DNA of 64,000 nucleotides, taken from the IMG/VR virus record IMGVR_UViG_3300031369_000001, positions 1 to 64,000 of that record; one strand, written 5' to 3'. Below, one piece after another: positions 19,317 through 28,895 of the stretch (position 1 is the stretch's first letter; every line of letters starts with the position of its first letter). A model generated the notes under the pieces. That model worked only from the letters and a program-made list of their open reading frames with translations, searched no databases and was not told the DNA's origin. Origin of the DNA: a virus. The translations under genes were made by a program, and so were the position numbers.

Positions 19317-19605
19317 ATATCAACGAAAACAAGAAGAAAAGAAAATGACTCGGATGGAGATGATTAAAGAATTGAAGAACCATGGAATTCTGGTTAATAA
19401 AAAGGCGAATACGGACAGAGTTACAAAAAAGTATTTTGCCTTTAAGGAGGAGCAGCGAAAAAAGAAAGATAAAAAATCAATAGGGCATGTGGTTGTTCGT
19501 AAAATATCAAGGCAAAGGAGGCGTACCATTCAACGTCGTAAAGAGCGCGCTATAGCAGAGATTGGCCGACATGTTGTTCCGAGATATAGAGCAGAAAGAA
19601 AATAG
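19306..19605 (+). CDS. highly basic hypothetical protein
   Basis: K/R-rich; RBS. Confidence 0.6.
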   Translation: MESRYQRKQEEKKMTRMEMIKELKNHGILVNKKANTDRVTKKYFAFKEEQRKKKDKKSIGHVVVRKISRQRRRTIQRRKERAIAEIGRHVVPRYRAERK

Positions 19606-19619
19606 AAAGGAGACCAATT

Positions 19620-20465
19620 ATGGATCTAACACACGCGTTAAGGGTTTTTGAAAAAGAAGAAGGTTTTTTTAAAGATAATGTGGAATTGAAATCTGTATTT
19701 CGAAAATTGTCTATGCAAAGGCATCCGGATTGTGGGGGGAGTGAAACAGCCTTTATTGAGTTAACGTCAGCGTATGAATTTTTGTTTGAAAAAATTAAAG
19801 AATTGGGAATTAACACATCTATCTCGGATAAGACTATTGAGGGGGATTTAATTACGTCGTTGGGGAAAGGCTTCCCTATTACGGAGATTGATGTAGGGCC
19901 TTGTGATGTATGTTTAGGAAAAGGATATCATATATACCACGATAAAGGGCAAGTATTGGGTATTGGAGAATGTCCTATTTGTATTGGAGAATGTCCTATT
20001 TGTAATGGCGTAGGGTTATTTTCCTATGCTTGTCGATATTGTAACGGTACGGGAAAATATCGTAAATCAGAGCACCACAATGAGATTGAATGTAAAGTTT
20101 GTAATGGGTTAGGGAGGTTTTATCCTGTTAATAAATTTTGTGATATTAATTTTAAAGAAAATGTCACTATGCAAGATATTGAAGCCTATATAATGAGTAG
20201 AGATAAAACACAATGGATGTCTTTTACAGATCTTTTATCCCATAATAAATTACGTACTAAAAAATGGTATAGGATGCGCATAATCCCTGAAAAGAACAAA
20301 ATTGGGGTAGCATGTAAAAATTGTCAAGGATCTGGTCAAGTGGAAATTAGGTCTGATGACAAACCTTATTACAGTACTTGTTATCATTGCAAAGGATTGG
20401 GGGAAGTTAAATTGAATTTGTGGAATCCAGTTTTAAGAAGGGGGGTTATGAAAGGATATAGGTAA
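19620..20465 (+). CDS. J-domain protein with DnaJ-type CxxCxGxG zinc fingers
   Basis: FRKLSMQRHPDCGG..F.EL..AY; six CxxCxGxG repeats. Confidence 0.85.
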   Translation: MDLTHALRVFEKEEGFFKDNVELKSVFRKLSMQRHPDCGGSETAFIELTSAYEFLFEKIKELGINTSISDKTIEGDLITSLGKGFPITEIDVGPCDVCLGKGYHIYHDKGQVLGIGECPICIGECPICNGVGLFSYACRYCNGTGKYRKSEHHNEIECKVCNGLGRFYPVNKFCDINFKENVTMQDIEAYIMSRDKTQWMSFTDLLSHNKLRTKKWYRMRIIPEKNKIGVACKNCQGSGQVEIRSDDKPYYSTCYHCKGLGEVKLNLWNPVLRRGVMKGYR

Positions 20466-20474
20466 GGAATAATT

Positions 20475-20792
20475 ATGAATAATAGGCAGCAAAGATTTAT
20501 TCAGAATAGAAAAAAAGAAGGGAAAAAGAGAAAATCTTTTTGGTGTACTGACTTAGAATGGGGAATTATCTCTTACATTAGACAACATATTGAATTAGAG
20601 TATATTAGTGTACAGGACATGGTGGGAGGAGAAAAATTTGTTGTTTATGAAGATACCATTATACCAATTGGTACAATAATAACGGCTAAAGCTTTTTGGG
20701 TACGTGGGAAATTTAAATGTGTTGTATTTACTTATAAAAATAAGGAATATATGCGAGAAATTAAATATTTAAGGAAACTTACTATAACTTAG
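20475..20792 (+). CDS. hypothetical protein
   Basis: RBS, operon position. Confidence 0.6.
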   Translation: MNNRQQRFIQNRKKEGKKRKSFWCTDLEWGIISYIRQHIELEYISVQDMVGGEKFVVYEDTIIPIGTIITAKAFWVRGKFKCVVFTYKNKEYMREIKYLRKLTIT

Positions 20793-20802
20793 TGAGGTTT
20801 TC

Positions 20803-21084
20803 ATGCAATCTTTTCAAATTACTGAGGATGGCATTGCACGACGTATTCAGTTAGTTTTAATGAATGAAATGCGACATCGGAAAAACAGAATTTCCGATGA
20901 ATGGCGATTGTTGGAAACTATCTGCGTTTATGAAGCTGTAAAATTAGAATGTGAAAAATTGAGCAGGTTACCTAGTATTTCTATTTATCAAATTATTAGC
21001 GTTATGCAACGAGCTAGAGGTAATCCGGATTTTACATATAGAGTAGCTAAACATTGTGAAGCTTTAATTCTTAGTAGTGCTTGA
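20803..21084 (+). CDS. hypothetical protein
   Basis: GAGG RBS. Confidence 0.6.
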   Translation: MQSFQITEDGIARRIQLVLMNEMRHRKNRISDEWRLLETICVYEAVKLECEKLSRLPSISIYQIISVMQRARGNPDFTYRVAKHCEALILSSA

Positions 21085-21129
21085 ATATACCGGCAAAATG
21101 CCGTATACTATAAATGAAGTGGTTTATAA

Positions 21130-21155
21130 TATTTAGGTATTTAAATACCTAAATA
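21130..21155. promoter_or_regulatory. 26-bp perfect palindrome TATTTAGGTATTTAAATACCTAAATA (operator-like)
   Basis: Intergenic, just before an RBS; related copies at 25130-25161, about 33556-33584 and 55058-55081. Confidence 0.6.
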
Positions 21156-21170
21156 AAGAAAGGAAATATT

Positions 21171-21407
21171 ATGGAAAAGAAAATGTTGGTTGCGACATAT
21201 ACAAATAGTGTAGGGGAAACTATTTATATCAAGAAGACTTCTAAAAAATACTATGTACATTTAAATTCCGCTAATGGTTCTATTTTAGCTGAAGGAAATT
21301 TTCGGAAGGTGTGCGACGGGGAAATTGTAGTTGGTTATATAGGCAATATGCCTGTAACAATGAATACATTATTGGATATGAATAGCGTTGGGTTAAGGTG
21401 CGAATGA
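21171..21407 (+). CDS. hypothetical protein
   Basis: AAGGA RBS. Confidence 0.65.
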   Translation: MEKKMLVATYTNSVGETIYIKKTSKKYYVHLNSANGSILAEGNFRKVCDGEIVVGYIGNMPVTMNTLLDMNSVGLRCE

Positions 21408-21829
21408 TGAGAATAGAACGATTAGAAGAATTGATTAAATTCAATGACGCACATGATAGTATTAAGGTTTTTTTGTATTTTGTAGTGCCTTACATGGATT
21501 TTAATACTGATTGCGATATATCTGATAATTATCAGGATACTGTTAATATAGTGCTTATGGGGGGTGAATTTGATCCTTATAGGTTTCTTAAAATTATTGA
21601 ATCTAATAGTTTTGAAATTTCAGATTCATTTTTGAAGAGTACAGGAGAACAGGAAGTAATATTATACTATAGGGGCCATATTATCTATATACCAATTAGT
21701 TGGATATTTGAACGAAAGGAGGGTGCAGATGAAAAATTGTTATGGATAGGTTATGAATTTTTTGAAAAAGGTGAGAAGTACTATCGAGAAAAATTATTAG
21801 ACTATTTGCGAAAAGGAGACACTAAATGA
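21398..21829 (+). CDS. hypothetical protein
   Basis: Operon position. Confidence 0.6.
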   Translation: MRMMRIERLEELIKFNDAHDSIKVFLYFVVPYMDFNTDCDISDNYQDTVNIVLMGGEFDPYRFLKIIESNSFEISDSFLKSTGEQEVILYYRGHIIYIPISWIFERKEGADEKLLWIGYEFFEKGEKYYREKLLDYLRKGDTK

Positions 21830-22305
21830 GGTACATTTTATTATTGATTTTGTTTTGTTCTTTTGCTGCTTGTGAAGATCAAGATTTCGAAATGGATGCT
21901 ATAGAAGATCAAGCAGGACTTACCGTAGTTACTCGTCATAAATGTAGGAATCCCATTGATATCGATAATCAAGACGATGCAGACTATTGGGAGGAGAAAC
22001 CTACTTATTGTATTCAGGGGGATTTGACGGTTGTTAATGCTTCGGCATATTCTGTACGTATGTCTAGTCTTGTAAAGATTTATGGACGATTAGTCGTTGT
22101 GAATAATCATGATTTACAAGATTTACGTTTTGATAAATTGCGATATGTTCGGGATGGAGTATTTATTATTAGTAATCCACGTTTATGTGCAGATTATTTT
22201 ATACCTAGATTATTGATTGCTGCCACTGGGTATAATATAGAGCCATTACCTTCAGGATATTTACTTAGTGATAACGGGTCTTGTACGGGTTATCCTGATA
22301 TCTGA
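21826..22305 (+). CDS. putative lipoprotein with receptor-L/LRR-like solenoid
   Basis: Lipobox FAAC; repeats C.IQGDL.V.N / L..I.G.L.V.NN..L..L.F..L..V..GV.I..NP.LC. Confidence 0.65.
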   Translation: MRYILLLILFCSFAACEDQDFEMDAIEDQAGLTVVTRHKCRNPIDIDNQDDADYWEEKPTYCIQGDLTVVNASAYSVRMSSLVKIYGRLVVVNNHDLQDLRFDKLRYVRDGVFIISNPRLCADYFIPRLLIAATGYNIEPLPSGYLLSDNGSCTGYPDI

Positions 22306-22403
22306 TTTTTATGGGGGGGATTTTATTATATGAAAGGAATTTATTATTAGGTAAACAAACTATGTAAATATTTAAAGAGGTATTGAGGAATGGTGGATAG
22401 AAC

Positions 22404-22634
22404 ATGGGTAAGCAATTAAAAACAGGTTGGTATTGGTTTAGAAAAAGGAATTTGGAAATAGAGTGGTTACCTGCTTTTGTATTTATTCAAAGAGGTGGTG
22501 AACCTATTTATAAAGTTTTTGGAGATAGTGATTATAAGGCATTAGCTTTAACTGATGAATGGCAATGGGGCGATAGAATACCTAGTTATAATGAGCATTG
22601 TTATCCATGTACGGATTTATTGAAAAGAAAATAA
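22404..22634 (+). CDS. hypothetical protein (GWYW...W.P family pattern)
   Basis: KTGWYWFR...WLP...WG.RIP. Confidence 0.6.
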   Translation: MGKQLKTGWYWFRKRNLEIEWLPAFVFIQRGGEPIYKVFGDSDYKALALTDEWQWGDRIPSYNEHCYPCTDLLKRK

Positions 22635-22644
22635 GGAATAATCA

Positions 22645-22788
22645 ATGCCTGTGAAAGCTAATCAGCTTTATTCTGATAAGAAGAATAAAGAAGTGAAAGA
22701 GATACTGACTGAGGAAGAGATTGATGAAATATTGGCTATGGCTGAAAATATAAAAACTGCTTCATTAAATCAACTTCTAGAAAGATAA
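22645..22788 (+). CDS. small hypothetical protein (47 aa)
   Basis: AAGGA RBS; ILTEEEIDEIL motif. Confidence 0.45.
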   Translation: MPVKANQLYSDKKNKEVKEILTEEEIDEILAMAENIKTASLNQLLER

Positions 22789-23067
22789 ATGATCATGGAA
22801 AGAAGTTTAGTGGATAGTTTTAAATTTAAATCTGTTCAAGCCAATTATTTGTATAAGCAATTATTACAAATAGCTGAAGATTTTAAGGTGTCTAGGGAAA
22901 TTAGAGATAATGAATTAGATAAGCTTGATAAAGTTTATGCGCAAAGTCAGAGCGCTATTCGTTATCAAGATATGGTGAGTAATGCTTTTAAAGAAGCAAT
23001 GCAGGTAGAATTAACAATGATAGAAAGTTGTGTATCAATTTTTAAAACATTAAATGATAGTGATTAA
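22789..23067 (+). CDS. hypothetical protein
   Basis: Operon position. Confidence 0.55.
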   Translation: MIMERSLVDSFKFKSVQANYLYKQLLQIAEDFKVSREIRDNELDKLDKVYAQSQSAIRYQDMVSNAFKEAMQVELTMIESCVSIFKTLNDSD

Positions 23068-23082
23068 ATAAAGGAATTTATT

Positions 23083-23841
23083 ATGTTGAACACTAATACA
23101 TTCAAAGGAGTTATTATGAATGAAATCAAAAAAGGTGACTGGGTTTACGCTGAAGATGGTGGAGAGCATGTATTTCAGTGCTCTGGAACAATGGGATTTG
23201 ACGGTCTCGTCGACGGTGGAGATCATTGGTGGCACGAAGAATACTGCTATCGACTAGGGCCTCTGAGGACCGGTGACAAACTCGAAGTAGGAGATAGGGT
23301 GGCGGTGATTAAGCGGTGCGCTACTGCTTATCCTGATATTGGGACAATACATAGGGTCATGGGTTTTTCGTTTGGCAACATTAAAATAGATTTTGCTTCT
23401 GGTCGTATCATGCTGCACAGAGAGCTCGCCCGACTACCGGATTGTACGCAGGATAAACGGTGCGAAACGTCAGACGTAAAAGAAACACACTGTGCAGATG
23501 ATGTTAAAGACGACCAGCCAATACCGTACGTGTTGACCGGCCTGACCATGGAAGCCCCGTGCCCGCACCCTGAGTTTGAGGGATCCACGTGGGATTATTG
23601 TGGAGAAGGATTTAAAATATATTGGGAAAATAATGGATGGATAGCGCATAGCATTAAACCATCAGAAAAATGGAACCCTAGTTTTCCAGTGCATTCTGAT
23701 TCATTGGATTTAGTTACAGAAGAAGACAGTTTTTGGAGACTGGTTGAATTGGCTCCCCAGCAATCTACGCCAGGCAAGAAACTCGAACGACCTAGGAAGC
23801 ACGGTGGAATCAAAACTCCGTGGAATCCCTGGGAGATATAG
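23083..23841 (+). CDS. hypothetical protein, GC-shifted (start may be 23116)
   Basis: Two candidate RBS/starts; visibly higher GC than neighbours. Confidence 0.7.
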   Translation: MLNTNTFKGVIMNEIKKGDWVYAEDGGEHVFQCSGTMGFDGLVDGGDHWWHEEYCYRLGPLRTGDKLEVGDRVAVIKRCATAYPDIGTIHRVMGFSFGNIKIDFASGRIMLHRELARLPDCTQDKRCETSDVKETHCADDVKDDQPIPYVLTGLTMEAPCPHPEFEGSTWDYCGEGFKIYWENNGWIAHSIKPSEKWNPSFPVHSDSLDLVTEEDSFWRLVELAPQQSTPGKKLERPRKHGGIKTPWNPWEI

Positions 23842-23850
23842 GAGTGAAAA

Positions 23851-24078
23851 ATGATAAGAGAATTTTTAATTAAGGTTACTGTGCCTGAATGGGCTACGTG
23901 TTACGCAATTGATGAGAGTGGGGATGTGTATTACTATGAAAAGAAACCAGTTGCAGATGATGATGAAGACGGGGAGATGTGGATCTCAAAGGGTAGAATG
24001 GAATTCTCAGGAATAACGCTGGAATTGGGCCTATTCGGTGACTGGCGCCAAACTTTGCACGAAATCATAAAAGGATAA
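23851..24078 (+). CDS. hypothetical protein (paralog of 26483-26686)
   Basis: VP.W...AIDESG.V...P...W..TL shared. Confidence 0.7.
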   Translation: MIREFLIKVTVPEWATCYAIDESGDVYYYEKKPVADDDEDGEMWISKGRMEFSGITLELGLFGDWRQTLHEIIKG

Positions 24079-24083
24079 AAATA

Positions 24084-24476
24084 ATGAAATTTTGTATGAA
24101 GAAAGAAAATGTAGTTAAAGCTATGAAAGAAAAGGTGTCTTTGTATTTAGTAAATACTTCTAATAAATACAGTATGTATTGCACACCTATTCTTGTTACA
24201 TCAGTTGAGGGCTCCCATGATGAAATGCGCGTTACTTTCGAGTATATGCATTTTTGTAAAACAGGAGAAAGTTGTCCATGGTCAAAAGATGAATTTTTGT
24301 TTGAAACAGAAGAAGAAGCTTTAAGGTATATGTATAAAGAAATGAAACAATATATAGATAGTAAAGTGTTTTATTTAAATTCAGTAATTAATGATTTCAA
24401 TAAGAAAATTGTTAAAGCAGGTAAGCAGTTAGCTTTAATTACTCATCAGTATATAGGAGATGAAAATAGAGATTAA
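24084..24476 (+). CDS. member of expanded small-protein family
   Basis: LFETEEEAL motif; see finding. Confidence 0.65.
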   Translation: MKFCMKKENVVKAMKEKVSLYLVNTSNKYSMYCTPILVTSVEGSHDEMRVTFEYMHFCKTGESCPWSKDEFLFETEEEALRYMYKEMKQYIDSKVFYLNSVINDFNKKIVKAGKQLALITHQYIGDENRD

Positions 24477-24520
24477 ATTTAAAAAAATTAATATTACAAG
24501 TCTATAGAAGGCAGTAAGTG

Positions 24521-24859
24521 ATGAGAAAAAGATTACGAAAGAAATTAGGATTAAAAGAGTTTATTAATTTTGCTTTTTATATTTATATTACTTTAAAAGA
24601 TGAATTCAATACTAAAGAACATTTAAAAGTAGTATTAGAGTACTTAATTACTTTTTGTGAAAGATATGGTTTGCATACTGGCGGAGTATCTAGAATTAGA
24701 ATGAATGATAAGCAATATAACATTAAGCATTTTATCACTAGTGATAAATGTTTTTATATAATGAATTGGCGCCAAATTTTTTTGTATACATAATTAGAGG
24801 AACTAGAATCAGTAAAACAAGTAGTGTGTGAGGACGTAACTCGTTTAGGATTAAGGTAG
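24521..24859 (+). pseudogene. YggL/DUF469-like protein interrupted by in-frame TAA at 24791
   Basis: MRKRLRKKL...EF N-terminus; frame continues LEELESVKQVVCEDV after the stop. Confidence 0.5.
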
Positions 24860-24869
24860 GAGTTTACTA

Positions 24870-25103
24870 ATGGCGGTGCATCCAGAACTAGCAATTGATA
24901 TTAAAATAAATGATATAGTACGAGTTATAGATCTATATTCTGCTCACTTTTATAAAATAGGTAAAGTGTATGGATATTTTAATTTATCATCATGTGGGTT
25001 AAGGGATTATCAAGTACAATTTAGTAATGGAGAAACTAAGTGTTTTAAGCCAACGGCGCTTGAGGTAATAGGAAAAGGTGGGTATAGGCCATTAACGGAA
25101 TAA
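24870..25103 (+). CDS. small SH3/KOW-like hypothetical protein
   Basis: IKINDIVRV...GKV...Y.V.F...F....LEVI. Confidence 0.6.
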   Translation: MAVHPELAIDIKINDIVRVIDLYSAHFYKIGKVYGYFNLSSCGLRDYQVQFSNGETKCFKPTALEVIGKGGYRPLTE

Positions 25104-25129
25104 TGTTTCCAGAAAAAACATATAAATCT

Positions 25130-25161
25130 GGTATTTAAATACCTAAATATATTTAGGTATT
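25130..25161. promoter_or_regulatory. overlapping palindromes of the AGGTATTTAAATACCT family
   Basis: GGTATTTAAATACC and AATACCTAAATATATTTAGGTATT, intergenic. Confidence 0.55.
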
Positions 25162-25220
25162 AACTATATAATGAATGCTTGTCCTTAATAAATTGACTTT
25201 GAATAATATGGAGATAAGTA

Positions 25221-25670
25221 ATGTATATAAGGAGTAAACCAAAGAACGTAATGAATAGAGCTGATTTAGAAATGGTTGCTATTAATAAGGAGGCAATATA
25301 TAGAGTAGTGGTCAGTGATCATTTAAATAGTCTTAAATATGATAAAGTATTAATAGTTTCTGTAGAAGATATAGCACCACACGCAAATCATTTAGGAAGT
25401 TATAAAGAGGATTTGTTTTTCTATAGTTATTGTTTTGTAGATAATGGTATGTTCAAGATACTTTCAGGACTTTATAAAGTGTCGAGTCATAGTAAAACAA
25501 TTTTTATGTTTAAGACGGAGGAAGAAGCTATTGATTTTATATTCGCTGTAGGTCTTTACTCAGTAAATAAGAAAATAGCTTCTATAAACAACGCTATTCG
25601 TGGAATGAATGTGATGGGTTTAAAGAAGTGTAAAAGGATAGCCCCTATAAAGAATAGAAAGGTGGGTTAA
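25221..25670 (+). CDS. member of expanded small-protein family
   Basis: MFKTEEEAI motif. Confidence 0.6.
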   Translation: MYIRSKPKNVMNRADLEMVAINKEAIYRVVVSDHLNSLKYDKVLIVSVEDIAPHANHLGSYKEDLFFYSYCFVDNGMFKILSGLYKVSSHSKTIFMFKTEEEAIDFIFAVGLYSVNKKIASINNAIRGMNVMGLKKCKRIAPIKNRKVG

Positions 25671-25673
25671 GAG

Positions 25674-25874
25674 ATGTTTAAGATATCAGAGAATGGAGAA
25701 GAGTTTTTAATTGAGGAAAGGTGTATTTGTGGAAGTAATAACTTGAGATTTAGTTTACCTTATTTTGCCGTAGTATGTGATGAATGTTGTTTAAGGACTT
25801 CTGCTTGTAATTCTAATAAAGAAGCCTGCATTATGTGGGATAAACAAATGAAAATTTTAAAAAGGAATAAGTAA
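25674..25874 (+). CDS. Lar-like (restriction alleviation) zinc-finger protein
   Basis: CICG...VVCDEC......EA...W pattern. Confidence 0.5.
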   Translation: MFKISENGEEFLIEERCICGSNNLRFSLPYFAVVCDECCLRTSACNSNKEACIMWDKQMKILKRNK

Positions 25875-25875
25875 A

Positions 25876-26064
25876 ATGGTTCATTCATTCATAGGGATTA
25901 TTTATTTGAATTTACTTTTTTGGTTGGTTAGTGATACTTTATTAAGTACGGCTTTGGTTATAAAGAGAAAAAGATTAATCAATATATGTTTTCATTCTGC
26001 TTTTATAGTCAAAGTAGCCTTAATATTGTTTAATTGTTTTTATATATTTAATATTAGGGGATAG
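25876..26064 (+). CDS. small membrane protein
   Basis: Two hydrophobic segments. Confidence 0.45.
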   Translation: MVHSFIGIIYLNLLFWLVSDTLLSTALVIKRKRLINICFHSAFIVKVALILFNCFYIFNIRG

Positions 26065-26083
26065 AAATATGAGTAAGATATAA

Positions 26084-26269
26084 ATGATGTTTTTTAAAGT
26101 GAAAATATTATATATAGTATGGGCTTTTTTCTTAGTATTTTTAATAGTTGCAACCCAATTACCTAATAAACTACAACAAGTATTGTTCTACTTTACGGTA
26201 TTTTTTGGTGTAGGTATTGTCTTGTATTCTTTAATACAAGGCTTTATAAAGTATTTTGGAGGTATGTAG
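26084..26269 (+). CDS. small membrane protein
   Basis: Two hydrophobic segments. Confidence 0.5.
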   Translation: MMFFKVKILYIVWAFFLVFLIVATQLPNKLQQVLFYFTVFFGVGIVLYSLIQGFIKYFGGM

Positions 26270-26508
26270 TGACTCAGTATCAGTCTTTAATTCATGAATA
26301 CTTATTTAAAACATATGGAATACCATTAAGTACTGTATCCTTGTCTACTTATATTTTATTAGATATTTATAAAATATTTTCTTTTGATACATCTGAGGTT
26401 TGTCATATAGCGGTTAGATTACAATCAGTTTTTTATTTGTATGGTTGGGAAGGGCTTTTAGAAGAAGAAAAAAGGATTAGATATGAGAAAAGTGCAAATA
26501 ATGATTGA
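26269..26508 (+). CDS. hypothetical protein
   Basis: GGAGG RBS, GTG start. Confidence 0.5.
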   Translation: MTQYQSLIHEYLFKTYGIPLSTVSLSTYILLDIYKIFSFDTSEVCHIAVRLQSVFYLYGWEGLLEEEKRIRYEKSANND

Positions 26509-26686
26509 GGTAGAAGTACCTGATGGTATTGATTCAATTGCTATTAATCGCTATGGTGATGTTTTTGGATTTCCATACGGAAGTAATCCAATTAATGAAT
26601 CTAATTCATGGACCATTTCAGATAGGTATTATTCTCATCTAAAAATATCAAACTGGAAAGATACATTGACAAAAGTAGAGGATTAG
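26483..26686 (+). CDS. hypothetical protein (paralog of 23851-24078)
   Basis: VPD....IAIN..GDVF...NWKDTL. Confidence 0.65.
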   Translation: MRKVQIMIEVEVPDGIDSIAINRYGDVFGFPYGSNPINESNSWTISDRYYSHLKISNWKDTLTKVED

Positions 26687-26688
26687 AG

Positions 26689-26985
26689 ATGAAATCAAAA
26701 TCAATTAAAGAACGTATGGAAGAACTAGCCATTGCGGCGAATACTGCAAATAATCCTGAAAATGCTTATGTATCTAGTTATACTTTAGGTATAGCAGATG
26801 GACTTTTACAAGCGTTTAATTTGATTTATAATACCAATAGACCAAAATTAGAATTACCTGAGAAGTTTAAAATGGTATTAGAGGTAGATAGAAAGGTTAT
26901 TATAGAAGAATTAGGAAATGAGGCGAAAGAATTAATGGCTAATATAGCCTTAATGGGTATGACTGATGATTCAGTGCGGCATTGA
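26689..26985 (+). CDS. hypothetical protein
   Basis: GAGG RBS. Confidence 0.6.
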   Translation: MKSKSIKERMEELAIAANTANNPENAYVSSYTLGIADGLLQAFNLIYNTNRPKLELPEKFKMVLEVDRKVIIEELGNEAKELMANIALMGMTDDSVRH

Positions 26986-27349
26986 AATGAGAAATAAAAT
27001 GAATGACATATTGACTTTAGATAAGATTAGGGATTTGATAAAGGATAAGAATTCTTTGTGTTATGTTTATGATAGTGCTATAGATTCTTATTTTATTGGT
27101 AGAATTTGCCAGTTTTTTTGTGAGGAAGAAGGAGAATATGTCTTTATGAAGAATGAATGTGGTGTTGCGCGTAGAGAAATACCTATAGCATTAGTGGGAT
27201 TAAGTAGAGAGCATGCTAAAGCATTATACGCTGTTAAACGAATGTCTGAACTTATTTCCTCAATAGATGAATTACAATTGGAAAGAAATATGTGGAAAAA
27301 TTATTTAGAGAGTATAGAAATAGAACAAGAGGAGAAAGAAAATGTATGA
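26966..27349 (+). CDS. member of expanded small-protein family
   Basis: LCYVYD...VGLSREHAKAL. Confidence 0.65.
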   Translation: MIQCGIEMRNKMNDILTLDKIRDLIKDKNSLCYVYDSAIDSYFIGRICQFFCEEEGEYVFMKNECGVARREIPIALVGLSREHAKALYAVKRMSELISSIDELQLERNMWKNYLESIEIEQEEKENV

Positions 27350-27668
27350 AGCATTAACTATTAATCAGTTAATTGATTGTTTAAATAATCAAACACCTTG
27401 TTATGTTATTGATAGGAATATACCTTACGAAATACTCATATGCAAAATAGTTTTTACTTCAGTTTGGTGCAAAGTAGTTTGTACAGGAGTAAATTTTCAT
27501 GGCGAAGTAATCCCGCCTATGATTGGTTTATCAGAAGATCATGCATGGGCTTTACACTATTCTAGTGAATTAGATAAGGTCCAGAAAACTATTAAAGATG
27601 CAAAAGAATTGGAAAAGGAACTAATGGAAAAATTAGTACAATTCGTGAAAAAGGTAAATGGTGAATAA
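27342..27668 (+). CDS. member of expanded small-protein family
   Basis: PCYVID...IGLSEDHAWAL. Confidence 0.7.
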   Translation: MYEALTINQLIDCLNNQTPCYVIDRNIPYEILICKIVFTSVWCKVVCTGVNFHGEVIPPMIGLSEDHAWALHYSSELDKVQKTIKDAKELEKELMEKLVQFVKKVNGE

Positions 27669-28020
27669 CATGGCAAGTTATTTAACTACGGTAAAGGAAG
27701 TAAGGGAGTGTATTAAAAATAAAACTGAACTTTGGACTATTTTAATACGAGAAGATACACAAGAAGGTTTTGTATTTAGGGTTATTGTGGATTCCTATAA
27801 TCGGTTTAGTGGTAAATCAATTTGTGTTGATAAATGGATTCCCAAATATAATAAGATTTTATGTTTAGTTTGTCCAGTGGCTGAGACATCTCGGTCTTTT
27901 ATTTGGTGTACTGGTGGATATGATAGGCCCATGAATTATTTATTTTATGACAGAGAAAGTGCTATATTGGCTTTAAATAAATATTGGAAACAAGCAGATA
28001 TAGAGGAGGATAGGGTATAA
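27658..28020 (+). CDS. member of expanded small-protein family
   Basis: VRECIKN..LW...LFYDRESA. Confidence 0.65.
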   Translation: MVNNMASYLTTVKEVRECIKNKTELWTILIREDTQEGFVFRVIVDSYNRFSGKSICVDKWIPKYNKILCLVCPVAETSRSFIWCTGGYDRPMNYLFYDRESAILALNKYWKQADIEEDRV

Positions 28021-28565
28021 TGGAATGGCAACCTTTTAAGGTAAATGAGTTAATAGATTTAATGAATAATGGCACGGTTTGTTTTGTGTATAATGAAGGA
28101 AATAGTCAATATATTAATTTTAAAATAGATGGAATAATGATAGATAAGGGGGATAGCATAAATAAGTGTTATGTATATACGGATTTAGATAGAGATGATG
28201 TATTAGAAGAACCTATTGACAGTGACTTAGTAGGAGTATGTAAATCGCATGCGTATTATCTACGAGAAAATTATTTGAGTAAAAATAAAAATAGTGAGAG
28301 TAATACAAATCCTATTGGGCCAAGGACTAAGGAAGAAATTAACAATTGTATTAATAGCAGAACTATAGTGTATAGTTTTCTAATCCAGCCATCGGTTTTA
28401 AAAATAATAAAAGGAAGAATTGATAGAGTAGATTCTATTTCCCCTGAGTTTTTGTTAGTATTCTCTTGGGATGAATTAGAAGGTAAACGATGGAGTTTAC
28501 CTATTGAAAGAATCTTTTATACTAAGAAATTAGTGTTATCTGAAATAGAAAGGATTTGGGAATAA
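28020..28565 (+). CDS. two-domain member of expanded small-protein family
   Basis: VCFVY...VGVCKSHAYYL then GPRT..INNCI...VY...IFYTK. Confidence 0.7.
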   Translation: MEWQPFKVNELIDLMNNGTVCFVYNEGNSQYINFKIDGIMIDKGDSINKCYVYTDLDRDDVLEEPIDSDLVGVCKSHAYYLRENYLSKNKNSESNTNPIGPRTKEEINNCINSRTIVYSFLIQPSVLKIIKGRIDRVDSISPEFLLVFSWDELEGKRWSLPIERIFYTKKLVLSEIERIWE

Positions 28566-28894
28566 TGGCATATGAAAATATTCGCTATAATGGATATCTT
28601 TTTTCACCTGATGAAAAAAAGATTAGAAGAAAAGGCCCTAGATCCAATTCAGATTTTTATGAATGTATTGATAAAGAATTATCTGTTTATTATGTATCTA
28701 TTAGGAGTTTATCTATTGAAATTCAAAAAGGACATATTGTACAAGAAGGTAGTTTTGATGAATGTAATTGTTGTCCTACTTATTTATTTCGTAGTGAACT
28801 AGATGGAGACATTTACACTATAAGAGAACGAGAAAGTTTGTTCTATGACAAAGATGACGCTTTACACTATATTAGCTTAATGTGGAAGGGATAA
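28556..28894 (+). CDS. member of expanded small-protein family
   Basis: GPRS..FYECI...VYYV...LFYDKDDAL. Confidence 0.65.
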   Translation: MGIMAYENIRYNGYLFSPDEKKIRRKGPRSNSDFYECIDKELSVYYVSIRSLSIEIQKGHIVQEGSFDECNCCPTYLFRSELDGDIYTIRERESLFYDKDDALHYISLMWKG

Positions 28895-28895
28895 A

